Positions 26,506-40,900 of a DNA stretch of 64,000 bases are shown here, in pieces; positions within the stretch are counted from its first letter, which is position 1, and each line of letters starts with the position of its first letter. The notes under the pieces were generated by a model that saw nothing but the letters and a program-made list of their open reading frames with translations, searched no databases and was not told where the DNA came from. The stretch comes from Narcine bancroftii (taxonomy: Eukaryota), in contig NC_091478.1 of the NCBI RefSeq assembly GCF_036971445.1, forward strand, positions 78,926,001-78,990,000. Reading direction: 5' to 3'. A program made the translations under genes and the position numbers.

Positions 26506-29459
26506 TCACTGAGAAAACGTTCCAACTCCACAGGACAGCATCTGAGATCAGGATTTAACCTGGGTTTCACTAACTGGTGCATCACCCACTAAATTGATTC
26601 CAAATTAAATGAATATAAACAGCTTGAGCACAAGCAAAACTTTTTAAGAGTAATTTTGAGCACAATGTGGGACAAAGAATCTGTTTCCAGGCTTTATGAC
26701 TCGAAAGGCTAAAATCCATCAAATATTGGGCAGAGCTGTGTTGTAATCCATTTATATTAAGTACAGAGCTATTGCCTTCAGTCCAGGTGGAGAATCATTG
26801 CACAAATTAAATAGTAATGTATTTTCTTGATCTCAAGTCCAACTTTCTTCTTTCAATCAAAATCTCCAAAAGTAAATAAAATGGTCAATTCATGGATGCC
26901 TTTAGTGAGCTTTCTCTGTGCAAACTGGCATTTGTTACATAAGAGTCACTACATTCCAACCCGATTTGTTCTCCGAGAAAACAATTCTCACTGTTACGAC
27001 CCACCATTTTTTTTCATGTTTATTTCACACTGCCACAAAATTATGCTTTGATTGCCTTCCCAAATTCTACTCTGCAAAGACACAAGAATCCCTGGTTAAT
27101 GCACTTAATTAAAAACAATTACGATGAAAATTAAAATCGCCTTGATTCTATCCTGTTGGAAATATTGCCTCCTCCACCCTTCCTACAGCATACAAGCTAC
27201 TTCTATCTGTGTTGCAGTTCCGATGAAGCGTTTTTGACCTGAAACATTAACATTATTTCTTTTCCTACAAGTGTGGACTGACCTGATGAGTATTTCCAGC
27301 ATTTTCTGTTTCTATCAAATAAAATATTTACATTAAATAAATATATTTTCTACATTTTAAATCACTGCATTTTCAATCCACGTGACAATAAACTTAAACT
27401 TGGTATCTTTCTAACTGCACTGAACCTGCATGCTTGAACTTAGCATGGTTAATCAGATACAATTTCACACTTCAAATATCCAGTTCTATTCAACAAAGGC
27501 CAAACCAGAATAGATACATCATCTCTGGTGCCAGCCTGTTGGAATATACATCTCAAATTTAGTACCAATTTTTAATACTTGGTTCCTTCATGATCATAAC
27601 ATCTTTTCTTATACTGTAAGATTACATCAGAAGCTGCAGTATCCTCCCAAATGATATATGGTAACCATGTTTGATTAAAATTCTGTCTTAAATGCACTTC
27701 ACGAAATATGCAGTTGCTGCTTTGTGAACAAGGGCCAGGCATGATGGAATATATCATCATCTGCACATTACAGGGCCAAAAACATACTTCATTGAATGTA
27801 AATTGACAAATTGGGAAATAAAGTATGTTAAATTCATTTTAGTGATCAGAAACATAATGAAATTGGCTAAATCCAGAATTGGAATGCAGTCATAACATAC
27901 AAAAAGATATATAGAGTGGTGCAGATAATTATAAAAATTGTTGTATTTTCCCCATATAAAATTGTTTGGGAACACTGACAAAGCAAATCAAAAGTTTTGA
28001 TTGTGAAATGACAAAAGTATTTTTGCTAACATTGACAAGTTTCAATCTTCCCACAAAACATCAAGATGCAATTACAAAGTCTAAAATCAAAATACTTTCC
28101 AGATGATTATCCTTTTCATGGCAGATCAGTCATTAATCTATCAGCTGTGAATATAGTTTATTTCAATAGAATTATGAATCAGTTAGTGGTACTTTACCAA
28201 GGGCTTTTGCTGTGTTGACAGAAATCAGAAGCCTATCTCATCACCATTCCCTTACCACTAATACACACACACATAGGCAGAATGAAAGAAACAAAATTCA
28301 CTGTAAACACCTGCATACTGAATTTAAACTGGTAAGTTTAAGGACCGGACACTCGCTTTCTGGCTATAGTCAGCGTTCAAGAACAGTTCGAAACAGATTA
28401 AAGCTATTTACCCCATATATGCTAACTGACATAATTATGGTGACACAACTTAGATAAATGTCTTTCTTTACTGAATCCCTCTTTTAATTATTGACTTTAA
28501 GTTCATAACAGTTTAATAATTACGCTTTATACAAAGTATTATCCTCTAGTTTTCATGTGGGGGGTAGGGGAGGTGTATAAATAAGTCTATCCCTTTCAGG
28601 TATGGTTGTATGTTACTTCACCTCCATGCTCTTTGCTTGGGAAATTGCTCTTCCCTGGGGGGAACAACCAGTAACTTCCTTCAGTCACGAAAGAGCAGAT
28701 AGAAAAATTCATGAAAATACATCTTCCTGGAAACCAGAGATTCGTAAATTTAACAGAGCAGTTTTATGTATCAGATGTTATTATTATGAACTGTCTAGAT
28801 TTAGGAAGATATTCGCATTTAACCAAGAACAAGGACCATTTTCCCTCCATTAGCATCTCCAAGTCTAGATAGTTGAGGATGTTCCAACTTCTCAGTAACC
28901 ACTCTAATTAAAAAGAAATCCCAAAGATTTTGCTCTTGCTCCGTCAGGTTGTGGCCATCAGGTTGTTACCCATCTTAGACGACGTGAACCATGAAAGACA
29001 CTGGGCAAGTGTCCAGGGCTCGGGTTGCAAGAAATTGAATGAAAAACAACGGAACACTGGGCTCGAGGAAATTTGGACCTGAGCAATTTAACGAAGCATT
29101 TGCAAAGAGCCGTTTTGGGGGATGAAAACGTTTGTTAACTAATTTTCAACAACGTGACAAAAGCATCGTCGGTAACGTTGGGACCCTTCGATTCACCAAG
29201 ACCTCGCTGCCCACGTTCTTAGAAAAAGCATCGTGATAAACTGTCGGGGAGCGACTCGGCTCCTAAAACTTGACCCCGGGCAATGAAACAAAACCGTGAG
29301 CAAACCAGGCGTTTCCCCAATTCACGTTTGGACCAGATCCCGTCCCGAATCGTTCGTTCCTTTTAATCAATTGACCTCGCCCGTCAGCTTTGCAGCCGCC
29401 GTGCGCATTCGGGGTAATAACCACTTTATAACTTTAAAGGAATCGGATCAAAAATCCCC

Positions 29460-29660
29460 GGGGAGGGAGTTGGGGGATGGGGGGGGAGTTGGGGGATGGG
29501 GGGGGAGTTGGGGGATGGGGGGGGGAGTTGGGGGATGGGGGGGAGTTGGGGGATGGGGGGGGAGTTGGGGGATGGGGGGGAGTTGGGGGATGGGGGGGAG
29601 TTGGGGGATGGGGGGGGAGATGGGGGATGGGGGGAGATGGGGGATGGGGGGGAGATGGGG
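29460..29660. repeat. G-rich minisatellite (GGGGGGAGTTGGGGGATGG-like, ~19-21 bp unit)
   Basis: About ten units of alternating G5 and G7-8 runs with AT or AGTT linkers. Confidence 0.92.
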
Positions 29661-31851
29661 CTACATCTGTTCTTAATTTAGGTAAAATTGCGTGAGAGGG
29701 CAACAGCAGGGGAAATGTATTCAGAGTCCTGAACTGGGCAAACTGCTGCACTTCACTCCACACGGGTCACACTGTGGTCTGATGCAATGGTGTAGGACAG
29801 GTTTGGCTCTGAAGGCGTGGCGCTGTTTCCATGGGAATCCCATGGTGATCTGGGTGGTAGCAATCAAGAGACTTTAAACAAACAGACCTGCGGAGAGCCG
29901 AAAAGACACAAAATACAAAGTATTCTCAACTGCAAGTTAACTCCGCCCAGAGCTGGTTGATCATGGGACCGCTCTTGTCACTGGTCTGTGAGTGGGTTCC
30001 GGGTGGGGAGATTCAAACCGCCCTCCCACTTTCTATCCGTCTTTCCACTCCAAGTCCATTGGAGATGTGCGGGGGGAACGGCAACCGTTCCCGGTTATTG
30101 TTTAACCCAGTCAACTGGAGCCGGACCACGTGCCCAGTCAACTCTCCCTCGCAAATGTGGCGAAGTTACATCATGCAGAGGGATACATCAAATTGTCACC
30201 GGGGTCTGAAATTCGAATCTGCTGCAAAAAGATACTGGATGACAATGGAAAAACAAAAGAGACAACGATTAATTTTAAACCAACTCTCGAAGTGTCCTCT
30301 TTGTATGTTTTCCTGACCATAATTTCCTCGAGAATCACTTTCTCGATTTCTGATTATGTGGCAACCAACTCTTCATGTTGCAAACATCCCAACGTGCAAC
30401 TGTCAGTGCAGACAGGTGTATTTTGCTAAGCAGACTGGATCAAACTCCAAATCAGTGTTGGATAGCCCGACAAATGGCCTGCTTGTTCAGGTATTGTGGA
30501 AGTCGGCCTTAAAGATGCAAGACAATGCCCATTTAATTTGCTCTCTCTCTTTCAGAGTCTGGTGGAAAACAGATGCATCAACAGAACGGCATTAATCATT
30601 GATGAGAGGGTGACCGTCTTTATCGTGGTCTTAATTGGTAAACCATCAGAGATTAATATCAATTCAGCAGCTTCCTCTGGATAATTCAGTGCTTTGACGT
30701 CTTTGCGAGCACAGTGGAGAGAAAAGATCGATCAAATGGAAGGCCTATTCATGAGTCCCCCACTTCTTTTAAGAAACCGTTTTGGGATTAGTTCAATAAA
30801 CCACTCTCCAAATTAACACGTTAAGATTATTTATCAGTAAATGACAAAACTTCATTGCCACTTTTCAATGGTGAATCAATACTCCCAGTTGCGCAGGCGT
30901 GGATCACACGAGTAGTAAGCCCAGCCTTAAACAAATATTGGTCTGCAGTGATCATTGGACCCTCCAAAACCACCGAAGTGAATGGCCAGTTAATCAGTTC
31001 CCCTTGGTGGTTTGATGTTGGGAGGTCCCGGCATTTCTGTCTCACACCAGCCGTCATGTTTCGAAGATTTTGTCAGACGGATGGGGGTCTCTCCTCCTCG
31101 GAGAACGTCACCCCTTATTATGATCTTGAGAAGCCTCGCACTTACCCCAGAGCGGTAAAACGAATCAAAACTTTCCCAGCGCCTCGTGGTATTTGAAATA
31201 AATAAAAGTGAAAAATCATTAACAAAACTTTTTGAGGTTTAATTCTGAAAGAAGCAGTAAAATCGGAGTTGAAGGGACTTTTGTGTAAGCTGAGTCAAAA
31301 ATATTTCCATCTAGACAACCATTGACACTTCGTGCAACCTATTTTTCTCATATATCATTCAATGTCTAAGTATCAAAAGGCGGTCTTTCCCCTCCAGACC
31401 AACAGAGTAGCTGGCCAGAACGACAAGCGTGACGCACTTGGTATCTTCTGGTTCTCCACCGATCAAAAGGTGGAGCACCGATTGGATTGTTCCATTATGT
31501 GCGATGCCACGTCCCTGCTTTCTTGTTTGCAAAGAACCAATGGAATCTCCCAGGCGATTGCTCCTTTACTTGTCACATGGTCTGAGCCTCAGGCAGGTAA
31601 ATGAGGACAGAAAGCAGCCATCGTTTTCCCATGTCAGAGTGAAAGAGACCAGGTTTGTCAGTTTCTCCTCGAGCAGGATCCACTCCTCAAACACCTTTGG
31701 ATCAGGTAGAACTAGAGGAGCTTGTTCCTTTTTGTTTAATGGAAAATAAGATCTTTCTCATCTTCCCTTCCTTTTTCTTTCGGTAGAGGTGAGCACTCGA
31801 AAGGTGAACACTTTTTTTGTGTGTTTGATCCTTGGCTTGTAGTTCTCCGTC

Positions 31852-31983
31852 ATGACGGCTTCGCACGATTCTCTGGTGGTTTTGTATGGGGCAACGGCTG
31901 GTGCAAGTGGGGCTAAACTAGGTTCGGATGAAAGGGAACTAGTTCTCTTGGTGTGGCAAGTTGTGGATCTACACAACAAGAAG
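31852..31983 (+). CDS. ESRP2: ESRP2 coding exon 1 ([44 protein letters not shown])
   Basis: ATG at 31852 (GTCATGA); 132 nt; donor AAG|GTACGC; matches the ESRP N-terminus. Confidence 0.93.
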
Positions 31984-34900
31984 GTACGCAATTGATCTGG
32001 ATTTTATGCGTGTCTTTCTGTACACAAACCTGTTTTCACCGGTGAATTAAATACACCTACCTCTTTGTGTGTGTGTGTCTGTTACTTTGTGAGTGACTGA
32101 GTTACTTACGCAATGTTGCAACCCGTCCTCTCTCTCTCTACCCCCCCACCAACCCCTCACGGTTAACAGGTAGGAGACGTGCACAGAATCCCGGTAAAAG
32201 CCGACAACCCGGAGTTGAGCGAACAGTGTAAAGAGCAGCTGGGTGTTCGCGCGGAGGAAATCGACAAGGCGGAGCCATTCGAACGAGTTATTGCACAGGT
32301 GAGGCCGCCGCGATTTGACCTGAAAACATGTAGGTTTTAAAAAAAAATCAACTCTAATAAAAGGGACTTTTTGAGTTCTGGAGAGGACGTGTGAAGGGTG
32401 TGAGGTTGGGAACAAAAACTTGACAGGCAATATGGAAACCTGTTGCCAACACAGGAAGCAGTTTGGGGAGTGACCCACCTGAATTCGGGAGGAAACTGCT
32501 TTTTTTTTTAGCCCAACTCAGGAGGAGGCGGCCTTCACACACACCGATTTTAATCGCAGTTGCGTGGCCTGGTGCTCAAATGTGAACCAAGTTGCAACGT
32601 TTCACTACATTCTATCAAATCCTTTGAGCGTTCAGGAGCCGGAACTGTTTGGGAAAGGGGGGAGGGGAGTGGTTGGTTGGGGGGGGGGGGGGGGGGGGGG
32701 CAGCGGCCAATGACGTCCCGGTGGCTTGAGAGTCTTTATTGAATTTCGGGATCAGCCTGTCAATGTTATTTGCCTTCACCTGCGCCCCTTTGTAATGTTT
32801 GCAAAGGGATTTCCTTGCTCCGTGTTGCTTTTTCTTAAAGAAAAAAAAACTAGCAACTCCAACCTGAGTGACAACAAAGACAGTTAATCTGTAGCTTCTT
32901 CCGGGGGGTTTGTTTGCATGAACTGTAACGAAAGTCGAGTTCTGTAGCCCGGGAAAATGGAATTGGCTGGAGTCGGGGTGGCTCTCGGTTCATCAATGAA
33001 TCCTAACCGTTTGAGTCCGGTTCACGGACAAACATGGCCATTGAAGGGAAGCTGAATGCCTGGTTTAAGTAACAAAACCGGGTGGGGGGTTAAGCACAAG
33101 AAAGCCCCGTGTTTAGATTTTGAATCTCAAAAGGCTAACTTCGACAAATTCCATCTCTTGGTCACGCTGTTGCTATTCGATGATTTGAGCCACAACTGGG
33201 CTCTCAGATGATGAATGCCGGTGTTTAACTACAAAGTGCGTGCGTGTGGTATTTAGTGGTAACTAAGTAAGAGAGGAAACTAGATCACTTAATTGAACTT
33301 GTGTCGGTTCACGTTCCCCCGCCCATTGTTTTGTTTCTATTTTTATTGACGTTCAGCGACCCCCGAAACTTGATTCAACGGACAATCGATCACACTAACG
33401 GATTTCAGATTTGTTGACCAAGTACAGACATGACATCTCCCACAACCCTGAGATTCTTCATTGAATGATATATTTACATCAGAGGTTTTCCAAGATGTTT
33501 AAGGGAGAGGAAGAAAAAAATATTGCAAAGGGAGGATGTGCCCTGGAAGCTCCTTAGTACCCAAGTGTCAGCCCCCAAAAGAAATGGACTATGGATTGGT
33601 GATGGACAGATTATAGCCCAATGTCATGTCGCGTTCATGTGCTTTGGTCACATTTAAATTGTTATCTGTGTTTTATGTACTTGGGAAGCTGCTGCAAATG
33701 TGACTGAGCACATCTCTACAGCTTTCTTTTGTGGATTGAAACAAACCCCTTCATTCACCCTGCTCCAGAAGGGAGATTTCCCCTTGCATGTGTCTGGAAT
33801 CCTCAGTGGGGCCCTGCTTTGAAGACCAAGCAAGCGATCTGATTGGAGTTTTGTGCAGATTCACAGAGTTCAAGCCCTGCTTGTGAAAGGCGGTTCCCAA
33901 CTTCCACCTGAATTATCTGCCGCTGGTGGTCCTGTTGAATCTGGACCACAGGTCTGTCAAGTTTCTGCAATAAACAATGAACGCTTCAGATGCAAAGGAC
34001 TAATTCTATCATGTTTTACATTAGTGAAATACATTGGCTTCACCAGAATGCAGACAAACAAAGATTGATGTGGCCACATAAGGGCTATTTGAGGAGCTAT
34101 CTGATCAATAAGTTTTAAAGACTGTGTATAGTAAGAGGTACTTTTATGGACTTTAGGGCTGTGGCAGCTAAATGCACTTTTAAATTGGAGATGTCAGAGT
34201 TGGTAAAGGTTATTGGGCATTGTTGGTGCTGGGGAAAAAAAATGAGAAAAGGACCAAATGAAGGTACTTGAAATAAAGTCTGATTTTTTTTTTTCTTGTA
34301 TGTTGCTTGGCCTTGATCTGAAGTAGGATGATGAGCACAGATATGATGGTGTTTGGAATTTGCTGCTGTTTAAAATAGGAAGAGCAAAATTCTGAATAGA
34401 GAGAAAAAAATTTGAGATTGACATTGAGATAGTCAAGACTGGGAGTGACACGGATGAGGGTTTTGTCCGCAACATGTGACAGAGGCAAGAATAGGGGAAC
34501 TGTGGATATGTGTGCAGGATCTGAATGGAATAAATGTTGCAAACTGAGAGAGATGGAGTCCATTGGGGAAAAAATGGAATAGGCAGTGGTTTCCTGAATC
34601 TTTGTAGGAACTTTCTGCTTTTCTAGTACCTGCTTGGCAGCTGGTGTGACCGTTTTAAAGGGAATAATTGGATGTGGTGGACCAGCACCTGCAAGTAACA
34701 AGATGATGTCGAGAGACATGAGGACCGAGGAAGAATTGTGGGATGGTGGAGAAAGACAAATTGAAACACTTTCTAGCACTGTTCTCTTCTGTCTGCTTGC
34801 ATCTATTTTAATAATGGTTTCCATTAAAAGTTGTGTTATTTCCAAAATATTCCATGTAAAGTGAAATAAATTAAACTCCCGAACCTATTGGCTTTGATTT

Positions 34901-37900
34901 GTAAATCCTTAGGCCCTTAGTTAATGAATGTTGTTCTCCTGACGTGGCTATTTAAATCTTGCTACAATTTAAATTACATTTTTAAATTTAATTTTCTAAA
35001 TTGAAATTTGGATACGCATCACGGTAGAAGGCCATTTTGGCCCACTAGTCCATGCCACCCAATTACTTACAAACTTGGTAAGTTTTGAACTGATAGCAAG
35101 ATTTTTTTTAATCGCATTTTCAATCTATCAAGATTGAGGCAAATTTTGTTGATAAATATTCTAAGCCATTTAATTGTGAAAATGCTGCTTCAATTTTCCG
35201 TTTTTTATGTCTTGTCTCCAAATTATGCAACATTCAGAGCTTGCCTCTTGAATGAGAAATCTTTGAAGAACTACGGTTATAGATTTTCCTCTTTTACAGC
35301 TTGTTATCCTTAACTTCAAGGAAGTTAATGATCATTATTACTTGTCTTGCGCACAATGCACATATGCACCACTGTTCTGACTTGCTGTAGCCAAACAAGG
35401 CCTTTCCATTCAACCTGACCACTATAATTCTAGTTGATGAATTTAATCAGAAAACCATAACCACGGTGCAAATTCAACAGCTCCGACACATGGGCTGAAA
35501 TGGCCTGTTATGCTGGTTGTCTGAATTTAAATTTGTTTTTGTATCCCCAAATTTATTGACTCAAATGCACTCCCTCAATTATCTGTAACCTTCACCTGCT
35601 AAACTTTTAAGTTCCTTTGGAATTCTGTTGTCTTTGTGAAAATCTGTGAACACTGATCAACTTCAGTTCTTGATTGTGTATTGCTTGGGTCTGAAAATTT
35701 TGTAGCCATGTTTCAAATCTCTGCATGATCTCGTCCAGCTGAGAGCATTCTAATGCTGATCCATTTGATATTCCCAGTTTATGACACAATAAGTGGCCAT
35801 TAGCTTTGGGCTTGGGACGACCTTTGTGCTTTGCCATGCTCTATTTTTCCCTCCTTTTGAAATAAAGCTTTTGGTCCTGAGCCCTGATATTGGTCACAAC
35901 TTTGTTTTTGCTTCTGCAAAGCAGCTGAGGAGCTTTCACTACTTCGGAGAAGATCTACTGTAGGCTAATATTAATCCATAGGATATTGTTTGAAAGGGAT
36001 TCTAAAGTTGAATTACTGAAGTTGTGGAATCTAAAGATGTCAGTGTTCACACAAGTAAATGATTTTTTTGAGAGAGTCATTAAATTGTTTGTAACATGAT
36101 AGTGAAGTAACTAGATACTAATTTTGTAGGTTATTTGGTTTAATGTTAATTTATTTTCTCAAAGTATGGCTTGTTTGCAGAAAAAGTTTATACAGACATG
36201 TTTTCAGGAAAAAGTAACCTGAGTATTTGGGGATGCTGGATTGTGGTTTTCCTGGTTGATGGGAGTTTAGTTGTCTCTCTTTAAAGTGGTCAGACACGTT
36301 GTTCTGCCTTGTCCAGGCTTCAGCACCAAGCTGCCTAACAAGTATTTCTGCTTAAAAGTTTGCATCTAGCTGACACTTCCTTTTAACCATCTTCTACATG
36401 GTTTTTTTTTGTGTTTGAAAGTTGAATTTAGCAGCCTATGGAGTGGGAATGAGCACATTTGCTTTCACTTAATCTGAATTTAAATGTTGGAAATGTCTAT
36501 TTTGGTGTCTAGCTGAGTGTGTGTGTGGTGCAGGTGATTGTGATTTATGATGTTGAAATCCATGCAAAACTTGTTGGTTATACAGACTTTATGGAGCCAC
36601 CTGTAATTGCTAGGGGAGGACACTCCATGTTCCTTCTCTGTGTAATGACAGAGAATATGTATTTTGGCAAATGTTAGAACAGTTTTAAAATTGATAAATC
36701 TTGTGGGAAAATTGAAAGAACTTCATCCTCTTTATACTTGTAGGACTGAATTTGTCTGTGGCAGTGCTCTATGTCTAATTAAAAAAAACACACAATGTAT
36801 CCTTCAATAGATTCATCCAGTGAATGTGTTTTGTACTCTCATTGGTGTTGGAGCAGCTCATTTATACATCTGGCTAGATTGAAAATGATTTGAGGCCTTC
36901 ACCAGCTATTCTAATGACTAGGCAAACAGGGATTATTGTATATGCTTCAAGTCGCTGTCATCCATGTGGAAACACTTCAGCACCATCAGCTTGCTTGTTT
37001 TTACTTCTCTTCCTTCACCCCCCCCCCCATCTGCCCCCACCACCACCCCGATTCTAACACTCATGTATATCCATTGCCTTTTGGTTAGCCTTTCTCCTGA
37101 ATATAAATAGTATCACTCGCTCAAATCTCAACCTTTCCTGCGGATATTTTGATATTCTCTTGCACAACAGCTTGTCATTTCGATAACAGTTTAAGGCATT
37201 GCTTGTTTCCACTTGTGCAGTGGTCTTGGTTAAATATTGCTGTAGATGTACTAGTGAGTTATTTCCATTAATATGGGAGAAGAAATGTTTTCTTGATCTG
37301 CTTCCCCACCCATCTACAGTCTTAAAAAAACTAGTACTATAATTGTGTTGATCAACATTTTAGATGTAGTTACTGTACTTTATGAAAGTTGGCCCATAGA
37401 ATCTTTTTTGTGGTTTAAATGATTTGTGTTTTGTGAGTCCTCCCACATTCTTTAGAAAGGTGTGACCCAATAATTGTAAATGATCTGAATAAATACATGA
37501 ATCATTCCTTTTCAGTTCAACCAGTTTGTGTCGAGCGAGTTGAAAGCACTTGGGAGAAGTTCCTACTGCCTTTGTACAGATGGCCAACTACTTGTTCGAC
37601 AAGTCCTGCACCCAGAAGCATCCAAAAAGGTGAAGGAATTTGACAGCTCTGAGGTTATAAATGTTGGGGGAAAACAGAACATTTGGGTGATCCCAAGCTC
37701 CTCTTAAGTGCTTTATGTTGCCTTCTCTAGCTTTAGACTTTGGGTTTAAGCTTTTGAAAATTTCAGCATCTTTGCTAAGAATGGACCTGCTACACAGAAT
37801 TTCCCAGCAGCTAATGAGATTTAGATCATTCGCATTTTTGGAGTGTTTCTCCAGCAGTGGGATTCTGAGTAAATTGGATGATATTTTTTCCTGAGACCTC

Positions 37901-40900
37901 TATTGAAAATTACTTTTTGAACTTCATAACCCAAAAAAATACTTTACGTAATTCTTTTTGTGACTTGATTAACTGGCATTAATGGATGACATTAACAGTT
38001 CATCTCTCGGGTCTTTCAAACCAGTTTGGCAACTGGCGCTTCAAGCATTCCATATCTTTGACGTTTAGATGGTTATTTTAGACACCTATTTCTAAAGAGT
38101 AATCTTTCTTCATTGGCCTGGCAGTTTCATGTTCTCCTGAGTTGACCATTTTTCTACTAGCCCAGATTCTTCACTGTTGCCACTCCATCATGCCCTTCTC
38201 TGTAGACTTCACAAGTTTCCTGATCTTTGGACTCTTCATGACCATTCTAGTTCTCCGCATCCTTCCTGATTTAACCTGCAGATAGTGCAACCTGATAAAT
38301 TAATTACTAATCCCACCATTTGTGTAACCTTGTGCTTTAGTTCCCAGTTCATCTGAGTTTTTAATTTAGCCTTGTGCTGCTTTTCAAAAGAACATAAATA
38401 GAAGCAGGAGAAGTTCACTCAATCTTGCGATCCTGCTTTGTCGTTTAATAAAATTGCACCCAACTTTTAACTCGATCATTTTTCTGTTCAAAGTCTTTAC
38501 TCTTTCAATGCCTTGGTACACCAAATATATTAACCCCTGCAGTGAATATACTTGGTGACTGGGCTTCCAGAGTCCTCTGGCAGAAAAATTCCAAAGATTT
38601 ACCACCACTTGGGCTCAAATCTGCACGTCTGAGGTCTTTGTACTTCTGTGCAGTGCTCAGTGTATACATTTGCTTAATATTACTCCAGTTTGAGTTTGAT
38701 GCATTTTATTTGAATCCTATTTGTATGCTAGATCAGATCTTTCTCTGAGCAAGTAAATTACTGATACTCCTCCTTCTATGGCCTTATTACCAAACTTGAC
38801 TCTGGTGTTTGTGAGTTCTAGCTATTAATTCATTTATTCTTTCTTTGCTGTTTCTTCTTGGGTTCCTTCTAGAATTATTTGTTAATGAGTATTGGGCTAA
38901 ATCTTTATTTTTTAAAAATTGTTTGATCTCAAATTCCTTTGGAGATTCTGCTTTATTCAAATCTGTTAGTCTGAGTTTGATAGAAGTTTACTGGAATGAT
39001 GTGCAGAACAGATTTGACTTGGAGATTGAAGATTCTGGGTTTTTTTAAGAAGCTAATTCAAAACTTAATAGAGATTTTAAACATGGAAAAGTTCTGAAGG
39101 TTATTTCAAAATTATGCATGTATGATTATTTTTGCAAATGAACCAGAGACAACTTGAGAGACTTTTTTTAAATTTTATTTTCCATTTGCATCAAAACATA
39201 TATAGTATTTATCCATAACATAAAAATAATAAAAACTGTGACACAAAAGTCATAGTTATATATTTTCTCCCCCACCCCCTTCCTCCCTCCCCAAAAAAAG
39301 TAGGAAAAAAAAGAAAAGAAAAAGCCTGTCTAATAAACCTATACCTTTTAATTAATTGCAATTTACATAACAATCTTAAACCCTAACTAATAGGGCGAGT
39401 TGGATGGGGGAGTGATGGATGCTGCAGGCTAAGTCGTAGCAATAAAATCTATGTAGGGTTTTCAAATCTTATCAAATTTTTCTGGTTGATTTCATAAATT
39501 ATACGTTATTCTCTATAATGGTATACAATTTAATAATTCCATTCGCCATCTATTCAACCCCACAATATCACCAGATTTCCATGTTACAGCTATAGATTTC
39601 TTTGCTACTACTATTGCTAGACTTAAAAACTTCTTTCAATAAATATCTAACTTCAATTGGGAAATATCTCCCAACAAAAATACTCTGCAATCCTTCTAAA
39701 TTTGCATCTTCAAAATTCGTCCCAATAAATTACTTGTATCCTTGCAAAACCTGCCTACCTTTTCACATTGCCAGACTGCATGCAGGAAAGATCCTACTTC
39801 TTTATTAGATCTAAAACATTGATCAGAACAATTTGAATGAAATGCATGTAATTTGTATGGAATATAATATAATTGATGTAAAAAATTAAATTGTACTATG
39901 TGATATCTAACATAAATTGTATTAGTTACACTTCATAATATAATTTTGACCACACTACTTCTTGAATCTGTATATTTAAATCTTTTTCCCACCTAGATTT
40001 GGATTTGAATAAATCCTTTTTCTGAATAGTCTCTTGTAATTTGATAGACATATTAGTAATAAATCTTTCAATAAACGTATCTGTTACTAGATATTCAAAT
40101 GGACTTTGTTCTGGTAATTTAAAATTCCTCCTTCATTTTCTTTTTAAATATGATTTAAGTTGATAATAAGAAAAAATAGTATTGTGTTGTATATTATACA
40201 CGATCCTTAATCCTTAATCCGGAACCCTTGAAGGAGAGTGTGTTCCGAATTTCGGATTTTTCTGGATTTTGGAAAGCCAGATTTAAGTCCACCCCCTTCC
40301 AGTCGCCCTGCTGTCTCTTTTTCCCCCCCCCACCCCCCCTCGCCTGCCTGAATCGCGCTGCCGGTTTTTCTCCCACCCGACTCGCGCTGCCAGTCTCCCA
40401 CCCGCCCAACTCGCACTGCCACCTCTCTCCCCACTTGCCGGATCTTAGAACTTTCTGGATTTTAGATGTCTGGATAAAGGATCGCGTACCTGTATCTGTC
40501 TTTCAATTGATCAAAATTTTTAAAAATCCCCAAAACAATGCCTTATTGTTTTTTATTTCACAATTATATTAAACATCAATTATTAACCATAAAAGGAATT
40601 AAAGGATGCAATTAAATATTTAGGAATTAATATTGATAATGATTTGAATAATTTATTTAAATGAAACTACATACCTTTATTGAAGAAAATTAAAGATTTA
40701 TTAAAATGGAAAGGTTTGCCAATTTCTTTAAGAAATTGTGAAGATTAATATATTTTCTAGAATACAATACCTTTTTCAATCTTTAGCAATTTTTGTACTA
40801 ATAATGTTTTTTTCAGGATTTAAATAAAGGTGCAAGAAGATTTATTTGGAGGGATAAAACACCTCGGATGGCATTGGAAAAATTAACATGGAAATTACAT

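Larger units (their letters stand above)
28900..33400. promoter_or_regulatory. CpG-enriched, transposon-poor promoter and first-intron region of ESRP2
   Basis: Visibly more CpG than the flanks; surrounds exons 1-2; the TSS cannot be determined from sequence. Confidence 0.6.

Noticed and set aside
1-28900. A second protein-coding gene upstream of ESRP2
   Set aside because: I found no recognisable exons on either strand; ORFs map to repeats or are short. Small or non-coding exons cannot be excluded.
29296-29763. Gly/Trp-rich and Pro-rich ORFs
   Set aside because: They are translations of the G-rich minisatellite.
34210-34845. 211-aa minus-strand ORF in intron 2
   Set aside because: No recognisable domain or splice structure; likely a chance ORF in decayed sequence.
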